The position numbers and the translations under genes were made by a program. The notes beneath the pieces were generated by a model that was not told where the DNA came from, did no database searches, and saw nothing but the letters and a program-made list of their open reading frames with translations. Shown one piece after another: positions 1 through 12,279 of a stretch of 64,000 nucleotides of DNA (position 1 is the first letter of the stretch; each line of letters starts with the position of its first letter). The stretch is taken from NCBI GenBank assembly GCA_028534125.1, contig CM052818.1, positions 2,730,001 to 2,794,000 on the forward strand, read 5' to 3'. This DNA is from Lama glama (lineage: Eukaryota).

Positions 1-977
1 GACCAGCAAACCAACAGATCTCCACAGTTCACGCCCCTCGCCCCTCACCAGGACCCCTTCATCCTCCTTTCATCCTCCGGTTCCCACAGAGATTATGTCA
101 AGGGAGATTTCTCACTTCTTCACTGGACATGTGACTCATCTTTCATCCTCTTCTGGCTTTGCCAAGCCTCATGGCCTCTGCTGCTGGTAGAAGCTTCTTT
201 CTCTCATTAGGTCTCCAGAAAGCAGAGAGAAGGAAGGTCTGTCTTCTCCCTTCAAGGCCTCAGGGTATCTCCAGTCTCGGACTGGGAGGCTCTGAGCAGA
301 GTCTCCTCTGCTTTGAGCCCATTTGGTTTCTTTTGGTTTCCTCTACGGCACCTGAGCCTGTGGCCTGAGCAGAGTGTGACAGGGGTGGGACAAGGGAAGG
401 GGAGAAATGGATTCAGAACTCTCCCTTTTCATATTCTTTCTTTGGAGAAGCCACTTCCAGATTAGAAGTCTGCATGACTGGTCCCTCCCATGGCCGTGAA
501 GGGACTATGGGCAGTCATGGGAGAGGTGGTGCTGCCCTAGCTGGGGGCCCCCTGCAGGTGCCTCTGTAAAGAGAGGGCTGGGAATCAAGTGATGGGGCCT
601 GGAGGGATGTGTGAAGGGTGAAAGGGGGTGATGGAAGGCAGCCCTTTACCAAATGTTCCCCGAATGTTCCAAGAAATTTGGGACCTGGTTCCAGTCCCCA
701 CTTCTGCTGGGCTGTGAGGTCCTCTAACAGAGAGCCTGTGTTTTATCAATCTTTGCATCATCTGCATCTACCAGAGCTCCTGGCACATGGAAGATGCCCA
801 CGGCACATGTGTTGAATGAGTACATTATAAATGAGTGAAGGGCAGGCCACTGCTCCTTGGGTTGGATCCTTGGGAAAACTTGAGCACATCCTTTCCATTC
901 CTTTTACCACCCTGGCAACACCTCCTTTCAGCCCCTGGGGTTCCCCTTGGCTGACCTCTTGACCTTCTCAAATCCAG

Positions 978-1352
978 ATCCCTGGTTTCTCGGCACAATA
1001 TCAGCTGTCAAGACCAACGCCCAGGTGCTGGAAGGCCGTGTGGACAACATCAGCGCCCTGAGTTCTGAAGTTAAGAGGAACAGAGGCGGCATGGAAGCAG
1101 CTGGCGTGCAGGTCCAGATGGTGAACGCCAGCCTGGATCACGTGCGTTCTCAGATCCGAAGGCTGGAAACCGGTGTGAAGGAAGCCAATGCACGGATCCA
1201 GACACTAACAAGTAGTTGGGAAGCAGTTGATAAGTTAAATGCCCAAATCCCAGGGTTACAAAGAGATCTGGACAAAGCCAGCGCTTTAAATGCAAAGGTC
1301 CAGGGGCTCCAGAGCAGTTTGGAGAACATCAGCAAGTTGCTCAAACAGCAAA
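978..1352 (+). CDS. CD207: CD207 neck (coiled-coil) exon
   Basis: aatccag|ATCCCTGG ... CAGCAAA|gtaagt; encodes PWFLGTISAVKTNAQVLEGRVDNISAL...SKLLKQQ. Confidence 0.95.
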
Positions 1353-4300
1353 GTAAGTGACCTGGGAAAGAACGTTGCAAGCTGACCTGTGGCCTGTAGG
1401 ACCTTGCCAATTTCAGGCACGAGGCCACGGGGCTGGGGTGTGGAGGGAAGAGAGAGGGGAGCTGGGCAGGCACGGCTCCAGTTAAGAAGAGAGGGCTCAG
1501 CATGAGATGGGCTTAGGGGCTGCTCAGGAGGGAAGGGACCAGGGACCAGCCTCGGCGCCCACACCAAGGCATGGAATATGATGGCATTACCGAGTCCTTC
1601 TGCTCCGACCCACACCTAGCCATTTTCCATTAGTTCCTTACCTAGAGCCCTGGGGCTCAGCCACTTGTGACGGCCCATGGAGATTTACTCATCCCTCGTG
1701 GAGAGATTGAGCCTTTTTTTTTTTATATTGAAGTATAGTCAGTTTACAATGTGTCAATTTCTGGTGTACAGCACAATACTTCATATAGGAACATACATAT
1801 ATTCGTTTTCATATTTTTTCACTATAAATTACTGCAAGGTATTGAATATAGTTCCCTGTGCTGTACAGTATAAAGTTGTCATTTATCTATTATATATATA
1901 GTAGTTAATATCTGCAAATCTCAAACTCCCAATTTATCCCTTCCCACCCCCATTCCCCCTGGTAACCATCAGTTTGTTTTCTATGTGTATGAATCTCTTT
2001 CTGTTTTGTAGATAAGTTCATTTGTGCCTTTTTTTTTTTGAGATTTCACGTATAAGTGATATGGTATTTTTCTTTCTCTTTCTGGCTTACTTCACTTAGA
2101 ATAACAATCTCCAGGTCCATCCATGTTGCTGCAAATGGTATTATTTCATTCTTTTTTATGGCTGAGTAGTATTCCATTGTGTAGATATACCACAACTTCT
2201 TAATCCAGTTGTCTGTCGATAGATATTTAGGTTGCTCCTGTGTCTTGGCTATTGTAAATAGCGCTGCTGTGAACACTGGGGTGTTTACAGAGACTGACTC
2301 TTGATCCATCCTCTCTCACTCTCCCTTCTCCGAGCCTGGAGATCTTACCAGTCTCACTCAGACTTTCAGGATCTGAGGGAGTGTCCCTAAACTCTTACAA
2401 GGAACCAAAGACCTCAGCACCCAGCCACATTCACTCTGTCTCTGGGATCCCATTCAAGTAACCCTGCCTAGCCAGCACAGAGATAACAGGAACACCAGTG
2501 TTCACATTTCACCCTTGTTCCCCAGATGACATTCTACAGGCAGCTTCTCAAGGCTGGAAGTACTTCAGGGGGAACTTCTATTACTTTTCTCGAATTTCAA
2601 AGACCTGGTACAGTGCCGAGCAGTTCTGTATGTCCAGGAATTCACACTTGACCTCAGTGACCTCAGAGAGTGAACAGGTGAGTGCTGTCCTGTGGGCTCT
2701 AGGAAGGGGTGTATTTTCAGCTGTATCAGTGAGGATGGGCAAGATTATGCTATGGTAAAAAAAACCCCAAATATCAATAATTCTTCAGAATTACTTCTCA
2801 CTTATACACTACATGTCCAACAGTTGGCCAGGGGTTCTGCTCATTGTGGTGACTCCAGGAGCCAAGCCAAAGGAGACTTCATCTCAGCATATGTTTCCAC
2901 AATTGCTAAGATGAGAAAAGAGAACATGACAAATTGTGTGTTGGCTCTGAAAGCTTCTGCCCGGAAATAACAGACGTCACTTCTGCTCACATTTCATTGG
3001 CCAAAGCAAATGAGGCAATATTCCTAGCATCACAGAGGGCAGGATAGTACAGTCTTTCCATGTGCCCCCCTCAAACAGAAAGATTTGTGAATAGCGTCAA
3101 TGACACTGTCTAACCTAAGACATCCCCCCACCTGGTGAGGGACAAGATTGAACGAGCTCCCTTCATCTGGAGGTGGGCTGGAAAAGCAGGTCAGAGCATG
3201 GGCTCTGGAGTCAGAATCTAGAGTCCCGACCCTGCCTCTAGCTAGTCCTAGAGCCCTGGGTGCATCACTCACCTTCATTAGGCCCCAGCCTATTCATCGA
3301 TGAAACATACATGATAAAGTGCCTGCCTCGGAGAATAAATGAGTGAATGCATGTGAAGGCCTAGTGCCTTGCACATATTAAGCGCTCACTAAATTTGGCT
3401 GTCATTACCTGAGCCATTCTCCAGGGGTCCTGCTCTGGGGTTTAGCTGAGTCTTTCTTGTACTCCAGCACCTGCCTCCTGAGGGGTACAAATGCTTGAGT
3501 CCCGAGTCTGTGAGTGGCAGGGAGGGGAAGAGGCTTGAGAGAGGTCAGTGTGAGTGATGTGATTGTGGGTTCCGGGGCTGTTGCAGAGGCTGGGTGAACA
3601 CCCAGAGAGACAGATGCTCCAACTCTGAGTCATCGCAGAACCTCTGCTCATTCTGTTTTTCCTGCAGGAGTTTCTCTACAAGATGGCAGGCGGACTTTTA
3701 TACTGGATTGGCCTGACCAAAGCAGGAAGTGAGGGGGACTGGTACTGGGTGGATGATACCCCATTCAACAAGGTCCAGAGTGCGAGGTAAGCCCAGAGAG
3801 CCCCCCCTCCCAGGCTGACTTTCCTTGGGACAGGACCAGGGCTGGAGGAGTGGAGTAATGTTCCCCCCTGTCCGTAGGGTTTGTGGTTTTTCTCTGTTCT
3901 CGGGTGGCAGGAGCACTGAACAGAGATTGAGCTGATCCTTACCACTAATCGGCTGTGGCACCAGGAACAAACCCTTGGCCTCTCCATGCCTTCCGGGGCT
4001 TGGCAGCACGGCCGTCCACCCAGCCTTGGCAGGGACCCCCTTCTAAGTCTAGGTCGTTGCTCTGTGGGTTTGTGCAGGGCTTCGAGATGGGTGGGCTGAC
4101 TTGGCCTTGACTTGGGGGGCGATCGCAGACGCAGAGGCTGACAGCTCACCAGTCCCCTTCCTCTCGGGCATGGCTTCAAAGACTTGCTACGCTATCATCC
4201 AGGACCAAAGCTGGGGTTGAAGTCACTCATTTATTCCCTGAAAATGCATTTTTCTTTGTTTTTTCTTTTGGTAGGTTCTGGATTCCGGGTGAGCCCAACA

Positions 4301-4425
4301 ACACTGGGAACAACGAACATTGTGCCAGTATAAAGCAGTCCTCACTTCGGTCGTGGAATGATGCCTCCTGTGACAATACGATTCTCTTCATCTGTAAACG
4401 ACCCTATATCCCATCAGAGCCATGA
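978..4425 (+). CDS. CD207: Langerin (CD207/CLEC4K), 5'-partial; join(978..1352,2526..2677,3668..3786,4275..4425)
   Basis: Four GT/AG-bounded exons (375, 152, 119, 151 nt) splice in frame to give a coiled-coil neck plus a C-type lectin domain with WIGL, EPN and WND, ending ICKRPYIPSEP*. Recognised as langerin. The cytoplasmic and TM exons are not in the window. Confidence 0.96.
1714..2288 (-). mobile_element. 5'-truncated L1 (ORF2 end + 3' UTR) in a CD207 intron
   Basis: Poly-T at the left end. The minus-strand ORF gives the L1 ORF2 C-terminus (WIKKLWYIYTMEYYSAIKKNEI). Degenerate TSD agagattgagcctt/agagactgactctt. Confidence 0.9.
2526..2677 (+). CDS. CD207: CD207 CRD exon 1
   Basis: cccag|ATGAC ... 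GAACAG|gtgagt; DILQAASQGWKYFRGNFYYFS...HLTSVTSESEQ. Confidence 0.96.
2722..3110. mobile_element. Old MaLR (MLT1-type) LTR fragment
   Basis: Motif gtcacttctgctcacatttcattggccaaagcaa, typical of old MLT1 LTRs (recalled consensus). Confidence 0.6.
3190..3405 (+). mobile_element. MIR SINE
   Basis: agagcatgggctctggagtcaga ... gcctagtgccttgcacatattaagcgctcactaaat resembles the MIR core. Confidence 0.7.
3668..3786 (+). CDS. CD207: CD207 CRD exon 2
   Basis: ctgcag|GAGTTT ... GCGAG|gtaagc; EFLYKMAGGLLYWIGLTKAGSEGDWYWVDDTPFNKVQSA. Confidence 0.96.
4275..4425 (+). CDS. CD207: CD207 terminal coding exon (EPN/WND)
   Basis: ggtag|GTTCTGG; FWIPGEPNNTGNNEHCASIKQSSLRSWNDASCDNTILFICKRPYIPSEP, TGA at 4423-4425. 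Confidence 0.96.
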
Positions 4426-5179
4426 CAGGACTGGCCCCTAAGCTTGCATTTTGAGCTACAATGTTTGTTGAATGCGAGGAAATGGCACTCTCTCATCTAC
4501 ACTCCAGGGTGACTTTGACTCTGAATTTTTCTTGCTTTAAAATTGTCCTAAAGGCAGCCTGGAGCCCATCTGTCTTGGCTGGGAATTCTCTGAGCTGAAA
4601 TGGAAAGAAGATCTTGGGTTAAAATAGGAGGTGAAGGTGGAGAGGATTATGCATTCAAACTACCCCAGTGAGGTGAATCAGGACCCGCAAGCTGGGGCAG
4701 CACCTGGGGGTCCCATCCCTTCAGAGAAGCCTCAGTTTCATTGCGTGAAAGTTGCTTCCGACCACCCAAGCAATTCTCCTGAGACTGAGACTCAGGGCTT
4801 TTCTGGTTGACCCCCACAATTCCCAGTTGCCTGCTTAGGCGGCTGTGTTCTCAGTGGGAAGAGCTCTGTTCTTGGTGACCCTGTTCATGCCATGTCCCAG
4901 TGGCCCCTTCATCCCTGTCCTCTGAGATCGGAGCCCCTTCCTCTCTAGGATGGGCTCCACTGGTCCAGATCAGGGGCTGCCATGGAAACGTGTCTCCTTA
5001 GAGCTAGATCAGCATCCATGTGACTTCTCCCTCCTCCCTCACTAAACTCTGGGGCCCGTCTGTCTGCCCAGCCCCTCTGCCTCACCTCCTTACCCCTCCA
5101 CTTTCTCCTGCATTTCCTCTCTTCCCAGGGCACAGGGGAAGTGGTCTTCAGTAAAGAGGGCATCTCCAAGCTTCATTTG

Positions 5180-5185
5180 AATAAA
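5180..5185 (+). terminator. Probable CD207 polyadenylation signal
   Basis: First AATAAA I found after the stop codon, followed by a T/GT-rich tract (tcttctgttgttttgt). Confidence 0.65.
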
Positions 5186-6328
5186 ATCTGCCTGGGAAAA
5201 GGCCAGTCTCTTCTGTTGTTTTGTCCCTGGAGGTACAGGTGACTGTTGAGGGGAGGACATAAGCTTTGCCTGACATGAAGTTCTGGAGTGTCCTCAGGAA
5301 ACGGGAGTTCAAAAAGAACAAAGGGTAGGAAAGCTGTAGCCCTAGAAATGCGGTAACATATGAGCAGAACTTACCTCTGGTTTTGACTGAAATGCAGCAG
5401 AGCGCGGCGCCAGTGTCTGCAGCATCACCACCCTGTTGGCGGTCTCTCCTCACAGATGTTCACGGACCATCTTCTGTTCTCGGGCTTTGTTCCCTAGGGG
5501 GCGACTCGTCAGACACCCTGATCATGGGCAACAGGTCCAAACCCCACGACCAGGGGCTGTGGCAGGAATCCAGGCTGAACCAGACAGGATGGGAGCAGAG
5601 GGGAGGCAGAAACGGGTGCTGTGTGAGCGTGGGGATGGGCTCAGCAGGGCGATCCTCCCCTCCTTGGGGTCCTCGTTAGGGTCCTCAGAAGGATCCTGGG
5701 GAAAGGATGATTTCCTCAATGACTGTGACCTGCAGCGGGTGTTCTGGGTGCAAAGGGGTCAGGGCCGGGGCTGGGGCCTTAAGAGGAAGCTTGAAGGAAC
5801 ATGGGACAAATGGGGCTTTTAAACCATGGTGATGGACGAGGGTCAGTGATGACCCAGGTTGGGGTGAGCAGTCAGTGTCTACACAGGGGCGCTTGCAGGC
5901 CAGCTCCAGGGGCTGCTGGGGTCTGATGGGGCAGGTGAGTCAGGGAAGTGAGGATGGAAGCCAGATGTAGGCTGCGTGGGCGTGAAAGACATCTCCTTCT
6001 TCACTAAGAAATACCTTGTGGTTCCTACTCTTTGTAATTCTAAGTAGCCAGTTATGGGTGAATTTTATTTCTTCCCAGTATGAGCTATCTGGTAGGAGCA
6101 CGAGCTGATGTAGAAATGAAATACAAGTTGTGGGCTCAGAGCTGCCTTTAGGGAACCATCCCGTTGTGTTTCTAAACATCACACAGCTCTCCATTTTGCT
6201 GTCACGCCTGATGTGTTAGTCACAACGTCTGGGCTGCTGGGCTGAGACGCGTGTGACCCTGCTCCATGCTCCAGCTGGCTCTCCATTTGGGCACTCGCCA
6301 CCAGGGCCGCCGTGTCACGGGCTTATAC

Positions 6329-7172
6329 TGTGAGGCCTAATAGCTCATGGGCTTCCGTGACATTTTAAAGCCTTACACGGCTCCCAAAGCCTAATTGTGA
6401 GTTCCCCAGCTCTCACCAGTGCCCCCACCTGCCTAGTTCCCCCATCAGCTAGCCCAGCTGCAGTCCACCCAATTTTCAACCTACTAGGTTCCACTAACCC
6501 GCCAGACCTGGAAACTATTCAAACAAGCCAATCACATCCTCCGCCAGGAACCAGGGGCACGCTACCCTCTTGTTACTGCAAAGATGGCCTCCCACAGCCC
6601 TGGCTGGTCCACTCTGCTCCTGGGTGTAACCCACGAGTGGCCCTGCATGGTATGCGGTGTCCTCCTCCAGACTGGGAGTGTATGTGACCACTAAGCCAGT
6701 CTGATCTGTCCAGTGTCAGATGTCGTGTGTTTGGCCATCTTGTACTATTTAGGGCAGGAGACTGTCACTACTGTGGACTGACCGAATGTGTCCCTCCAGA
6801 ATTCATATGTTAAAACCCCAGGCCCAGTGGGACTGTATTAGGACACGGGGCCTTTAGGAGGCAATCAAGCCATGAGAGTGGAGGCCTCACGCTGTGATTA
6901 GTGCCCTTATAAGAAGACACAGGAGAGCTTGCCTCTGTGTCTGCTGTCCGCCGTGTGAGTTTACAATGAGAAGACGGCCGTCTGCAAACCAGGAAGAGGG
7001 CCCTCATCAGGAACTGAATCTGCCAGCACCCTGATCTTGGACTTCCCAGCCTCCAGAACTTGAGAAAAACATTTCTCCTATGCAAGCCTCTTAGTCTGCG
7101 GTGTTTTTTGTTACAGCAGCCTGAACTGACGAAGACACACACCACTGGGGTGAATAGGAGGCGATATGAACA
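6329..7172. mobile_element. Old ERV-type LTR interrupted by an MLT1A/B-like LTR
   Basis: TG...CA-bounded LTR-like sequence (aaacaagccaatcacatcctcc...ggaaccagggg) that appears to resume after the MaLR insert; family uncertain. Confidence 0.5.
6769..7137 (+). mobile_element. MaLR solo LTR (MLT1A/B-like)
   Basis: tactgtggactga...gtgcccttataagaaga...ttggacttcccagcctccagaact...ttgttacagcagcctgaactgacgaagaca matches the MLT1 LTR layout. Confidence 0.85.
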
Positions 7173-8464
7173 AAGCTGGTCAAGGACCTCTGGTTGGTCC
7201 TGATGTGCAGGGATGAGTGGGGCAAGCTGATTACTTCTCTGCGGAAGAATTTGAACCTGGAAATCCCAGGGATGAGGCAGGTAACTGAGGGAAGTCGAGC
7301 TGAGTTAGAGGCCCTGAGTTAGAGATAGGCTGGTGGGAGTGGGTGGAGTGGCCATCATGGGGCACCTGCCGAAACAAGGAATAAACAGAAGCTGTGAAGC
7401 AGAGAAAAGAGAACGGAGCAGAGGAGACAATAGTCGAGACACAGAGGGGAGGGCGGCTGAGTGAAGATCCACGAGCCTGGCTGTTGGGGTTCCTGGTGCC
7501 GCCTTAGATCCAGCCCAGCCCTCCTGAGCCTCCTGGGTCCTGTGCACGTGGATCCCATGATAGGACCTGCCCCCACTGCCCGGGCCCATTGCTTTTTCTC
7601 CAAACGGAAGGAGCCTGAGTCAGTGAGGATGTGAAGTCTGTGCCCACCTGGTAACCAGGCAACAAAGTATTGCCAGCCCTTCCTCCTTTCAGGACCAGCG
7701 GGGATGGCTGTCACTTTGCCTTGTCTTGCGACCTTAGCTCACTTACCCTCACAGGCAGGGTTCACTCCTCCAGTGAGGTCACTACATGGGTTCCTGCCCA
7801 TCTGCTGGCAATGGATCTGCACCCAAAAAGCCCAGCACTGACAGAGCTTTAGTTCTTATCTCAGGTAGGGTGGGTGTCATTAGTTCTTAATGAACTCCTC
7901 AGGTCACGGCCATCACAATATTTCTAACAAAAGTCCAGGAGTTTTTCCATTGTTGGCTGGGAAGTTGGGAACCAAGGATAGGTGAGAATTATGTTTCATC
8001 CAACTTGTGTGTATTTATTTTATTATAGTATTTTTTTTCTGATTCTGCAGGCTAACAATGATTGACATGCCCTCTTTGAAAGCTGTGATAAAATGCTCTT
8101 GAAAAATCGATAACTTTGTGTTTGAATATAAAGAAGAGGAGAAAAAATTATTTGACTCTTACTGATCGATCCGAGCTCTTATGAGCAGGTACATACTATA
8201 ATATTTTCTTTTTCTGTTTTGATGTTTTAGCTATCTTATCTATCATCTGTCTTTCTTCCTTCCTCCCTCTCTCCTTCTTTCTACTTTTTCTTTCTTCATT
8301 CTCTATTTCTTTCTCTCTCTGTTTCCCCCCAAATTTGTCATGTTTTTTCATCCTTCTCTCACGAAGAGCAGCCTCTTGTTTTAGGCAAGTTCCAGGTTCC
8401 AGCCCCAGCTTCTCAAGTTAGCAGCAGAAGTAGCATTTGCAGTCTTCCTTGGAGAAAGGTGCAA

Positions 8465-9173
8465 GCCTGTTTACAACAGCCAAGACATGGGAGCACCTTA
8501 AATGCCCATTGACAGATGACTGGATAAAGAAGATGTGGTATATATACACAATGGAATATTATTCAGCCATAAAAAAGAATAAAATAATGCCATCTGCAGC
8601 AACAAGGATGGACTTGGGGATTGTCATTCTAAGTGAAGTGAGTCTGAAAGAGAAAGAAAAATACTGTATGTTATCACTTACATGTGGAATCTAAAAAAAA
8701 AATGACACAAACGAACTTATTTACAAAAGAGAAACAAACCCACAGACATAGAAAACAAACTTAAGGTTACCATGGGGGAAACGGATTGGGGAGGGATAAA
8801 TTGGGAGTTTGGGATTTGTAGATATCAACTACTATATATAAAATAGATAAACAACAAGTTCCTACTGTATAGCACAGGGAACTATATTCAATATCTTATA
8901 GTAACCTATGGTGAAAAAGAATATGAAAAGGAATATATGCATGTATATAGTAAAATTTAGAAATAAAAAAATAAATAAAATGCACAAACTGGAGAAAAAT
9001 ATACAAGGACCTACTGTATAGCACAGGAAACTATATTCAACATATTGTAATGGCCCATAATGAAAAAGAATATGAAAAGGAGTGTATATATATGTATAGC
9101 TGAATCACTATGTTGTACACCAGAAATTAATACAACATTGTAAACTGACTATGTTTCAATTAAAAAAAAAAAA
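8465..9173 (+). mobile_element. 5'-truncated L1 with poly-A tail and TSD
   Basis: Encodes the ORF2 C-terminus (WIKKMWYIYTMEYYSAIKKN), 3' UTR and A-tail; TSD agaaaggtgcaa/agaagggtgcaa. Confidence 0.92.
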
Positions 9174-9279
9174 AGAAGGGTGCAAAAGTGTGATCCAAGC
9201 CCCACTGATCAGATTCAACCAGGAGAGAACTTTGATTTGGCCCTGGAGTTTGTTTAGGCCTCAGAATTTTTCTGCATGA

Positions 9280-9650
9280 GAAATTTATTTAATTATTCCA
9301 ACATTTATTTATATCAGTATGGATTCATGGGTTTTACACTTTGAGTTGTAATCGAATACTTCTTTATTTATTTTCTTGCTCAAATTGTTCCAGTTTAGGC
9401 CACTGAGAGCCCTTTCAGTCAGTTGGTCCTGCCCCCTTTTGATACACCTTCATCTTTATGTTTTAAGCATCTCCTTACTTTCTGGCACTGCAAGGTGCTT
9501 CAGGCTAGTTTTGTATATTTCTTGCCCCCATCCTAGAATCAGCTGTTTCTCCAAAGAGCCCTCATTTCTTGCTTTGGAGAATAGTATTAGAAACCAAGAC
9601 CTGGGTGCTTATGTGGCCAGTGCTATTGGGGTGTTACTGCTGCTTTTTGG
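9280..9650 (-). mobile_element. Ancient L1M (L1MC/MD-like) 3' fragment
   Basis: gctcaaattgttccagttt...cctagaatcagctgtttctccaaagagccc; related to the opposite-strand fragment at ~31.4-31.6 kb. Confidence 0.65.
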
Positions 9651-11054
9651 CTTAGAAAGCTCGGCCGTGTACGTGTGAATACGTAATTTTTTTTAAAGAT
9701 CACTCTGCCTGCAACGTAGTGACAGGACTTCAGGGAGGCAGGACCAGACACAGGGAGAAGAGTCAGGAGACTAAAGCCAGGTGAGATGCTGGCCTGCTTC
9801 GAGGCCTGCACTGTGAGGGACTGGCATTGCTGTTGGATTTGATGTGGGGCATAAAGTCCAGGCGCTTTGTGCAGACAGATGCAGGTGCTCACATCATGCC
9901 ATGAAACTGCTCCTCTCCCGCCCTCCCCCAGCTGCCTCTGGTTTGGCACTGGTGCCAAGCAGACCTCCCCGATGGTGATCTGGGTGGCTCCAAGCCTACA
10001 ACCTCACAGCTCTGCATCTTCAGAGGAAAGAACTTCCTTCTTCCGACAGTTCCAACAAAAGCCCAGCGCCAGGTCGCATGCTCGGCCCCGAAGCAATGAC
10101 AGAGGTCAGGGAGTTGGGGTATGTTGTTGGAGCCATAGGCTTGTTCCTGGGGGTTGGTTATGGGCTCAGCCTCGCCCCTTCCAGAAAGACAGCGTGAGGG
10201 TGGGGTGGTTCTCAAGTCAAACCCCGGGAGAGAGGCCTGATGAGGCCCCGCTTGCAGCCATGGGTCTCTCCATTCCATCCAAACTGTGGGATCGGCCACT
10301 CCTGGAAGACAGCAGACCACCCTCTGTTGTTAGGGGTTAATGCGAATGATTGAAAACTGCTGGGGTGTCTGAAGCCAGGGGTCTGCACCTCTAGGAAGAT
10401 GGCCCTGTCTCGTTCTGCAGGGACAGGGACAGCAGCGTGTGAGAGGTCCCCACCCATGACTGGTTCTGCTATCAACGCATAAGATGTCCATTGGATTTTT
10501 CTGGCCAGAGAACAGAGAAACTTCTCAGCAAGGATGTGGCCGCCTCCTGGTGCTTCTTTCCTGTGGCAGGTGTTGTCGTGGGAGAAATGAGAGTGGGCAG
10601 GGGAATGGGCACAGGGGAAGGGGGGAGAGGAGGGGCCCGGCCGACCCAGCCTGGAGGGCTGTGCTCCCTCCTGGCCCAGACTCGCCCTGCTGGCCGGGCA
10701 AGGGTTCCCCGAAGTTCTGCTTTTGAGGCTCCCCAGTGTCTCAGGCCCCGGAATAAACAGCTCCCGAGTGGGCTGACCTGGGCCCTTCCTGTGTGTGGGG
10801 AAATAGAAACCAAAACAGGCGCTTTCTTTTCTGCTGTTGCCCCCGGGCTTCTTTCGGGCCTCTTGGGAGGTACCTCCGGCAGCCCCCTCCCCTGCGGAGG
10901 GCGAAGGGCCAGGCGGATGCTCGTGGGGTCTTAGGCAAAACTGCCGATTGACTGCTCCAGAGATCGGGTGACTTCACATTCCTGTGTCCTCTCCTCTGTG
11001 TCAGCTTTCAAACGATGGGAGGTAGCAGGCTAGCGGATGGTGGCTCTGCATTCT

Positions 11055-11056
<2 letters not shown>

Positions 11057-11100
<44 letters not shown>

Positions 11101-11448
11101 GCACACATATGCACACTGCACATACACATGCACACATGTATGCACACACACACACCACATATACACATATGCACACACATATATACACACTCACACATCA
11201 CACAAAGTACACACATATACACACATACACATACATGTCACACAGTACACACATTCACATACATGCATATACACATATACACACAGAGATATACACACAT
11301 GCAAACACAACCACACAATACACACACCTCACACATATACACACATACACATACATGTCACACATACACACATGCACAGACACCACACATACACAGACAT
11401 ACACACATGCACATATGCAGACACACATACATACACATACCACACACT
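11057..11448. repeat. (CA)n microsatellite followed by a degenerate CA/TA-rich tract
   Basis: About 20 pure CA units, then ~350 nt of acacatatacacac-type low-complexity sequence. Confidence 0.95.
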
Positions 11449-12279
11449 GCCACGGCATCATGAGCTGGGTGTAGGCAAGCTCTCCCTTCCTCACCCTGCA
11501 GACCAGCTGTGCACTCTGCTGGCTGTGCTGACGGTGACCGTCCATGACGCGGGTTCCTGCCAGACCATCTGTGACACAGGCTTCCGCTAGACCAGAGCCG
11601 TTCTCCTGGCCTGGCCACGCGAGGAGGCATTAGAGCTTCTCCAGCACAGGAGCCGGGCAGCGAGCTTCTCGGGCGGTGCTCGGGCCCTGGGGGAGGCTGA
11701 CTCCAGCATCTAGGGAAATGCCGTGGGAATGGGGTGTAGGGGCTGAAGGTGAAAATAGGAAAAAGCAACACAATTTGGATGAAACAAGCCATTTGCAAGG
11801 TGATTGATATCTCATAAATGGTCTGCGGGTGAGACCGGGGACAGATGGATAATTAGATTTTTAAGAGTTGGAGAAAATGAGATCCATTTTGATAAGCTTG
11901 TAACCATCTGAAGTAATGGGGGACGGAGGAGCGAGAATCTGCCATTATGCTCAGAACTGGCTTTGGGAGGGCTGCCTTGGTCAGCCGCTGGAGGGGTGGG
12001 TATGGATTCTGTCCAGCTGGTCACCTCCATGGCGGGGGTGGGGGGGCTTGGGCTGCAAGCCACTGGGACCCCTCTCCTCCGTGTCTTCTAGGTCTCTGCC
12101 CACAAAGGCCAGGAACCCCCTAGAGCAGTGTTTGTTCCTCCTGGGAGTTAGGGGTCTCGCCGGAAAGCGGCACACCGGCTTACCCACTGGTTTCTCCTGA
12201 GTTTGTCCCCAGCCTGGTCACAAGGGTAGCGTGGATCCAGTCAGCTGAAAGTGAGATCTTGGGTCAACGTGGGTCTCGT

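Noticed and set aside
1..977. Search for CD207 cytoplasmic and TM exons
   Set aside because: No hydrophobic TM exon with matching splice sites was found; treated as intron, with the earlier exons upstream of the window.
2046..2309. ORFs resembling a conserved protein (also 8437-8694, 26188-26568, 56567-56863)
   Set aside because: L1 ORF2 fragments in truncated elements, not host genes.
11001..11590. His/Thr-rich and Val/Cys-rich ORFs
   Set aside because: Translations of the CA/TG low-complexity tract, with no splice or codon evidence.
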